DNA of 64,000 bases from Octopus sinensis (taxonomy: Eukaryota). The notes below the pieces were generated by a model, which was given only the letters and a program-made list of their open reading frames with translations, ran no database searches and was not told where the DNA came from. The number at the start of each line of letters is the position of its first letter. The stretch's first letter is position 1. Below are positions 58,179-64,000 of the stretch, piece by piece. The position numbers and the translations under genes are program-made. Location: assembly GCF_006345805.1 (NCBI RefSeq), contig NC_042998.1, forward strand, positions 88,412,001-88,476,000. Direction: 5' to 3'.

Positions 58179-58209
<31 letters not shown>

Positions 58210-58246
58210 CCCCTTTCCTTAAAATGACATAATTTTAAAATTTTTA

Positions 58247-58286
58247 AAGAAATTACCGGTTTCGCGTGTAGCTTTTCAAATTTCTT
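58247..58286 (-). ncRNA. minimal hammerhead ribozyme, U3-A8 variant, in the PLE pLTR
   Basis: AAGAAAT-TTGAAAA-GC-TACAC-GC-GAAA-CCGG-TA-ATTTCTT: 7-bp stem I, 2-bp stem II, palindromic stem III, GUA triplet. Confidence 0.75.
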
Positions 58287-58342
58287 GTGACGTTATGTTT
58301 ATATTGCATGGAATTATCGTTGTTTTTATTTCCAGGAGATTT

Positions 58343-60748
58343 CTAAATAAGGGGAGGTAGTGAGTGATTTTTTCCGGTGTAGGGGAGATAATCGCTTAAA
58401 ATTTTTTTTTCCCTTTTCCTTGTTAATTTCTCTGTCAGTATGTTCGGATGGTTGAGTCTGGGTTTGTACTTTTCAATGAAGAATGTTTCCTTGTTCAGTC
58501 TCATTTGTGTTGATGATCCGAAAGCACATTGGTAAAATGGGAAGATTAAAAATTGTGGCAGTAGTTGCTTTGCGCATTTCTCAATGTGCTCACTAAAAGG
58601 TATCATTCTATATTCTGGGAATGCAATCTGTTCTCGATGCAGTGTGCATCTGCGCCTGAGTGATAGTCCCGTGGAACCCACGTAGTCTTGGTGGCAGCCC
58701 GAGCATTTAATAACATAAATTATGTTTTCAGAGGCACAAGTAAAGTTAGATTTGATCTTAAATTTCTGTCCCTCTTTAAAGAAGAATTCTGATCCTTCCA
58801 ATAGGTTAGGACATGTTGCACAGTTCGATCTACCACATTTTTTTACTTTTGCATCCGTAATTTTAGAAGACAATTTTGCCTTTGTGGAATCTTTTTAAGT
58901 GATTTAGGCTGTTTGTAGCTTTTAATGATTTGGTGTATGTTTAGAATTTCCTTTAATTTTGGGTTTTTATGAAGTATTGGTAAATTCTGGGTGATGATGG
59001 TGAAGGCTTCTTTGTTTCTGGGGTTGTATGTAGATATGTAAGGTAGTATTTTCGGGGAAGGTGTGTTGTTGTGTTGAACTTTTCTTAAAGTTTCTATGTT
59101 GATTTCTGTTGCACGTCTGATCCCATCCTCTATGAGTTGAGCTGGGTAATGTCTGTCAATTAGGGTGTTTTTGAGTTCTTGCAGTCTAAAGTTCCTGGTA
59201 TTTTGTTCTGACACTATTGTGCATATCCTTCTTGCAAGGTTGAAGGGGATGTTTGTTTTAGTGTGTCTTGGGTGGCATGAATTAAAAAGAAGGTATTGTT
59301 TGGCGTCTGTGGCTTTGTAAAAAATGTCTGTTTCTATTTTAAGGTTAATTTTTTTAATTAGTATATCCAAGAACGGGAGCTCCTTTTGGTTGTATTCCAT
59401 TGTGAACTGTATATTTGGGTTATGCTGTTCAATAGGTTTTTAAATTTTAGGAGTTTATCTATGTTTTCATTCCAGAGAATGAAACAATCGTCTAGGAATC
59501 GTTTCCAATTCTCTTTTATGTATTGAGAGAGGGAGTTTCCAAAGATTGATAGAGATTCCTGGTAAATGATTATTTCCATGTATCCCATTGTTAGTTCGCA
59601 ATGACTGGTGCTGCCCTTGTACCCATAGCAATTCCGGATTTTTGACGGTAAAATGTATTGTCAAACATGAAGTGGTTATTGGGTAGGATGAATTCAATTG
59701 ATTTAGTAATGAATTCCTTACTGATCCTTTTTGGTATTTCTTCCGGAAATTGGTCTAACCAGAATTGTATTGCCTCCAGTCCATAATTATGAGGTATACT
59801 GGTATACAAGTTGACTACATCAAATGAAACCAGGATTGTTTCTTCCTTGGTTTTTTTTGGAAGGTGGTTTAACATATCTAAGTCATCTCTGATATGGCTA
59901 TCGATATGTTTAAGGAAGGGTTTCAAGAGGATGTCCATAAGTAGACTTAGTCTGTGTGTTTCACAGGTTGGGCCAGCTACAATGGGTCGTAGTTTTAGGT
60001 CCCCCGGATTAGGTGTGTGTATGTATGTCTTTGGTGATTTTTTAATGGTTTCATTTATAATTTGACTTTTATGAATTTTTGGCAGACCATAGAAAAGGCT
60101 AGGTTTGCATTTAAAGTTTGTTAGGAAATCAATCTCTTTGGTTGTCAGTTCCTTTTCATGGGTTTTAATTAGTGAAGATAGAGTTTTCATTATTTTTTGT
60201 GGGGTGTAGTTGGTAATTTTTTCATAATGTAGGTCTTCATCAAGCAAGGAAATTACAAGATTTCTGTAGTATGATGTATCCATTATTACAACTGCATTTC
60301 CCTTGTCCGCTTCCTTAATGGTTGTATCTTCATCATTTTGGAGTTCTATCAGTTCTTTCCATTGTGTAGTGTTAAAATTTGGGTTAGCTTTCTGTTTATG
60401 TACAGTATGGTAGGGGAAGTTCTCAATGTGGTTAAAGAATTCGTCAAGATCTTTATTTCTTCCTCTGTGTGGGATGTGGTCACTTTTGTTCTTGACTAGT
60501 GATTCATCTTCAGTATTGAAACTGTTTGATGCTTCTGCTAGTCTTAATTTTCTGCAAAATTCTGTTATATTATCCTTGAGTTCATTTAGGTTTGCTCTGC
60601 GTGGAGTTGGTGTAAATTTGAGCCCTTTTGCGAGGATGTCAATTTTTATGTTAGAAAGAGGTTTGGTTGAAAGATTGATTATCTTCGGTTTTTCCTTATT
60701 ACTAGGTTCCAGCCTGTGTCCTGGTGTCCCTGGTCCCTGGCTAAAAAA
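58343..60748 (-). CDS. PLE pol: reverse transcriptase + Cys linker + GIY-YIG endonuclease (three apparent 1-nt frameshifts)
   Basis: IINLS, KGLKFTPTP, EADKGNAVVIMD, YGLPKIHK, LRPIV, SFDVVNLYTSI, GIAMGT, RFLDDCF, LPFLDI, CGRSNCATC, IIYVIKCSGCHQDYVG; no in-frame stops. Confidence 0.9.
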
Positions 60749-61294
60749 TGTTGGGTGTAATTTTGTTTGTATGAGTTGTCTGTGAGGTTGTGTGGTATTT
60801 GGTCGGGGGAGTGGTGGTATTGTTGCCTCCGATCGTTGTGTGTGTGTGGGAATCTATGGTTGTTAATGCTTGTGGTGCGTGTAAAATTTCTGTATGGGGA
60901 ATATTTTTGTTTCGAACTTCTTGTATGTGGGATGTTGCTTGACATAGTGTTTCTTTGCGTTTGTCTTGTGTTTAGTGGGGACCAGTAGTTTTGGTTCATG
61001 GGGTAGTAGTGATTTGTGTGTGGTGTATTTCTTATCCTAGTGTCGTATTGTGCTGTATGGTGGTTGGGTCTGGTATTAGGATGTTGTTGGTTTGTTCTGT
61101 TTTTGGTGTAATTTCTTTCATAGACGCGTCCTCTTTCAGCTAGTTCCCTGTTAGGTCTAGCGTGGTTTGTAAAGGTTGGTTGTGGGTGATTTCTGTTTTT
61201 AGTGTATGGAGGATAGTTGGGGGTTGTTCGTGGGTTGTTAGGTTTTTCTTTTTTATTTATTGTAATTTTCTTAAGGAAGGGATTATTTGTACCC
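60679..61294 (-). CDS. PLE upstream ORF, N/H/T/P/R-rich low complexity, 5'-truncated
   Basis: Open for about 200 codons; overlaps the pol frame; the listed start at 61359 lies in the inverted copy and is not genuine. Confidence 0.6.
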
Positions 61295-61561
61295 AATCTT
61301 CCCATTTTACCAATGTGCTTTCGGATCATCAACACAAATGAGACTGAACAAGGAAACATTCTTCATTGAAAAGTACAAACCCAGACTCAACCATCCGTAC
61401 ATACTGACACAGAGAAATTAACAAGGAAAAGGGAAAAAAAAATTTTTAAGCGATTATCTCTCCCCACACACCGGAAAAAATCACTCACTACCTCCCCTTA
61501 TTTAGAAATCTCCTGGAAATAAAAACAACGATAATTCCATGCAATATAAACATAACGTCAC

Positions 61562-61601
61562 AAGAAATTTGAAAAGCTACACGCGAAAACGGTAATTTCT
61601 T
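61562..61601 (+). ncRNA. second copy of the PLE hammerhead (stem III mutated)
   Basis: Identical to 58247-58286 except ACCGGT>AACGGT. Confidence 0.65.
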
Positions 61602-61736
61602 TAAAAATTTTAAAATTATGTCATTCTAAGGAAAGGGAAAAAAAAATTTTTTCCAATATTCTCCAACATTTTGACACAAATATATATATTTTTTAACATT
61701 TAAGCCTTCTGTCGTTTTTTCACACTTTACTATTTT

Positions 61737-61785
<49 letters not shown>

Positions 61786-61828
61786 CTTTTATATGCATAT
61801 ATATATGTATACTTTTATATATATAATA

Positions 61829-61921
<93 letters not shown>

Positions 61922-61924
<3 letters not shown>

Positions 61925-63960
61925 ACAATGAGGGACTCCACCTGAAACTTTTGAAACGGAAACTAACTGCACTCAAACTTTCCTATGAGAAGGAGAGGGC
62001 AGAGAGAGAAGCCAGGGCCATAGAGAATATTAAAAAACAACCCTAAAGCCTTCTTTAAATTGCGAAAGAAACCACCTCGGTACACTGCAAGATTGGCCCA
62101 CTCTTTGATAAAAAGGGCTCTCTAACTGAGGACCCCCAAGGGATAAGTGAAATACTAAAGGAACAGTATAAAAGTGTGTTCACATCCCCTCTGGGGCACA
62201 TGCAAATCACAAACCCAGAAGTTTTCTTTGATGCCACAACACTCCAAAACCAAACAACAACCATCGACCACATAGACATAACAGAGAGGGATGTAATATC
62301 TGCCATAGAAGAAATGAGAATAATAAACTCAGCTGCTGGACCAGATGGATTCCCAGCAGTCCTCCTAAAAACATGCAGGCATGCCCTAGCGGGACCACTG
62401 AAGAAGCTCTCAGTGGTTCCTTGGCTAACGGTAAACTGCCCAGGCGCTAAAAGAAGGCACCATATGCCCTATCCACAAAGGAGGGAGTAGAGCAGAGGCC
62501 AAAAACTACAGGCCAGTCTCCCTGACGTCACACATAAGTAAGGTCATGGAACGAATCATCAGAAAAAACTGATCACGTTCCTCGAAGAAACTACCGTCTC
62601 ACTGACACATAGCATGGCTTTCGCCCAGGAAGAGCTGCCTTACGCAGCTGTTACAACACTACGACTGGGTACTGAAACAACTACTGGATCGCTCACAGGT
62701 GGATGTGGTATATCTCGACTTTGCGAAGGCCTTTGACAAAGTCGACCACGGAGTGATATGTCACAATTACTCAGACTCGGCATAACAGAAAAGTAGGTGA
62801 GTGGATACATGACTTCCTGAAGGACAGAAGCCAGATGGTTGCAGCCAATGGAGCCCTCTCGGGAAAGACACCAATAGCAAGCGGGGTGCCACAGGGCACA
62901 GTCTTGGGACCCTTGCTGTTTTTGGTGGCGCTCTCTGACATGCCCTTGGTAGCACAAACACATCCCTCACTAGCTATGCTGATGACACAAGGTAGCACAG
63001 GCAATCAAAAACCCAGCTGATGCTGACCTTTTACAACAAGATCTGGATGCCATATACAAATGGGCTGAAGACAACAACATGCAATTTAATGCTGGTAAAT
63101 TTCAAGCCTTACAATATCAAGCTGTAAACACATATACATTACAACACAACTATACTGGTCCAGGAGGGATCGAAATCCCAGTATCGAAATCAATACGGGA
63201 CCTGGGGATAGACATGAGTGACGATGCATCTTTTTCTTCACACATCGCGAAGGTGGCGACAATGTGCAGACGACTCACTGGCTGGATCCTGAGGACATTC
63301 CGGACAAGAGACTGCGAGACCATGTTGACACTATGGAGGACATTTGTCCTAAGCCGCCTGGACTACTGCTCCCAACTGTGTGGTCACCGCATAGTGTCAA
63401 ACTAACCACAGAGCTTGAGACAATCCAAAGACATTTCACCAAGAGGATTTCCACCATGAAAGAAAAGAACTATTGGGAGAGGCTTAGGGAACTCAATTTG
63501 TACTCCTTGGAACGAAGACGAGAGAGATATGCAGTGATATACATATGGAAAATCCTGGAGGGACTAGCACCAAATTTTGGAATTGAGAGCTGTTCCAATC
63601 CCCGTACAGGACGTCACTGTGTGGTGCCAAAGGTCCTGTCTTCCACATCCAGGGTAAGGAGCAGATACTGTAATAGCCTGGGGTTCAGGGGCCCTCAGCT
63701 TTTCAACAAACTGCCAAGAAAACTAAGAGATCTACATGATGCGGATGTGGACATTTTCAAAAAACATCTAGACAAGCTGCTTTCCGGAATCCCAGATGAA
63801 CCCACTGCAAGGTACGAAGGTAACCTAAGGGCAGCAGCTACAAACTCTCTCTTAGATCAGTGGCCAGCCACGGCAAACTGGACTTAGAGAGGGTAGCAAC
63901 AAGGGCGGTGCCCCAGCATGGCCTCAGCCGGATGGCTGAAACAAATAAAAGAATAAAAGA
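61922..63960 (+). mobile_element. 5'-truncated CR1/L2-group LINE, probable partner of SINE family A
   Basis: SAAGPDGFPAVLLK, NYRPVSLTS, YLDFAKAFDKVDH, SGVPQGTVLGPLLF, YADDT, LYSLERRRERY; 3' end shared with SINE A. Confidence 0.92.

Positions 63961-64000
<40 letters not shown>

Larger units (their letters stand above)
58075..61745 (-). mobile_element. Penelope-like retroelement (Neptune/Naiad-type), 5'-truncated, with inverted 3' copy
   Basis: RT + C-terminal GIY-YIG; inverted repeats 58106-58547 / 61295-61745; inserted in (TA)n. Confidence 0.92.

Noticed and set aside
58343-58873. Selenocysteine recoding as described for some Naiad PLEs
   Set aside because: The Cys positions are ordinary Cys codons and no in-frame TGA interrupts the domain
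59811-60988. Plus-strand ORFs over the PLE (and antisense ORFs over the LINEs and Gypsy)
   Set aside because: Antisense shadows of real coding frames
61295-61359. ATG start of the 226-aa ORF
   Set aside because: Lies in the antisense of the inverted 3' copy; a chance fusion at the truncation junction

Overview
AT-rich, microsatellite-dense eukaryotic DNA with no confidently identifiable host protein-coding gene. The SINE repertoire and repeat landscape suggest a coleoid cephalopod, probably Octopus (inference). Almost all ORFs in the track are microsatellite artefacts or transposon fragments. Recognisable elements: a near-intact Penelope-like retroelement (PLE; RT + GIY-YIG, 58.1-61.7 kb) with an inverted 3' copy; a complete but decayed Gypsy LTR element with LTRs, a tRNA-Ser PBS, PPT and 5-bp TSD; three CR1/L2-group LINEs; several RTE fragments; an R4/Dong-like 3' end in (TAA)n; a non-autonomous Helitron; and many tRNA-derived SINEs. 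The most striking unannotated signal is a set of minimal hammerhead ribozyme (HHR) motifs from at least five different PLE-type families. Their core 3-8 pair covaries (C-G, U-A, A-U). Three of them sit at the symmetry centre of short palindromic insertions lying in or next to (TA)n tracts. The PLE also has a gag-pol-like layout: an upstream low-complexity ORF overlaps a Met-less RT frame at an in-phase U_UUU_UUA heptamer, a candidate -1 frameshift (a homopolymer assembly error is not excluded). A SINE/LINE partner pair sharing a covarying 3' stem-loop is also visible.
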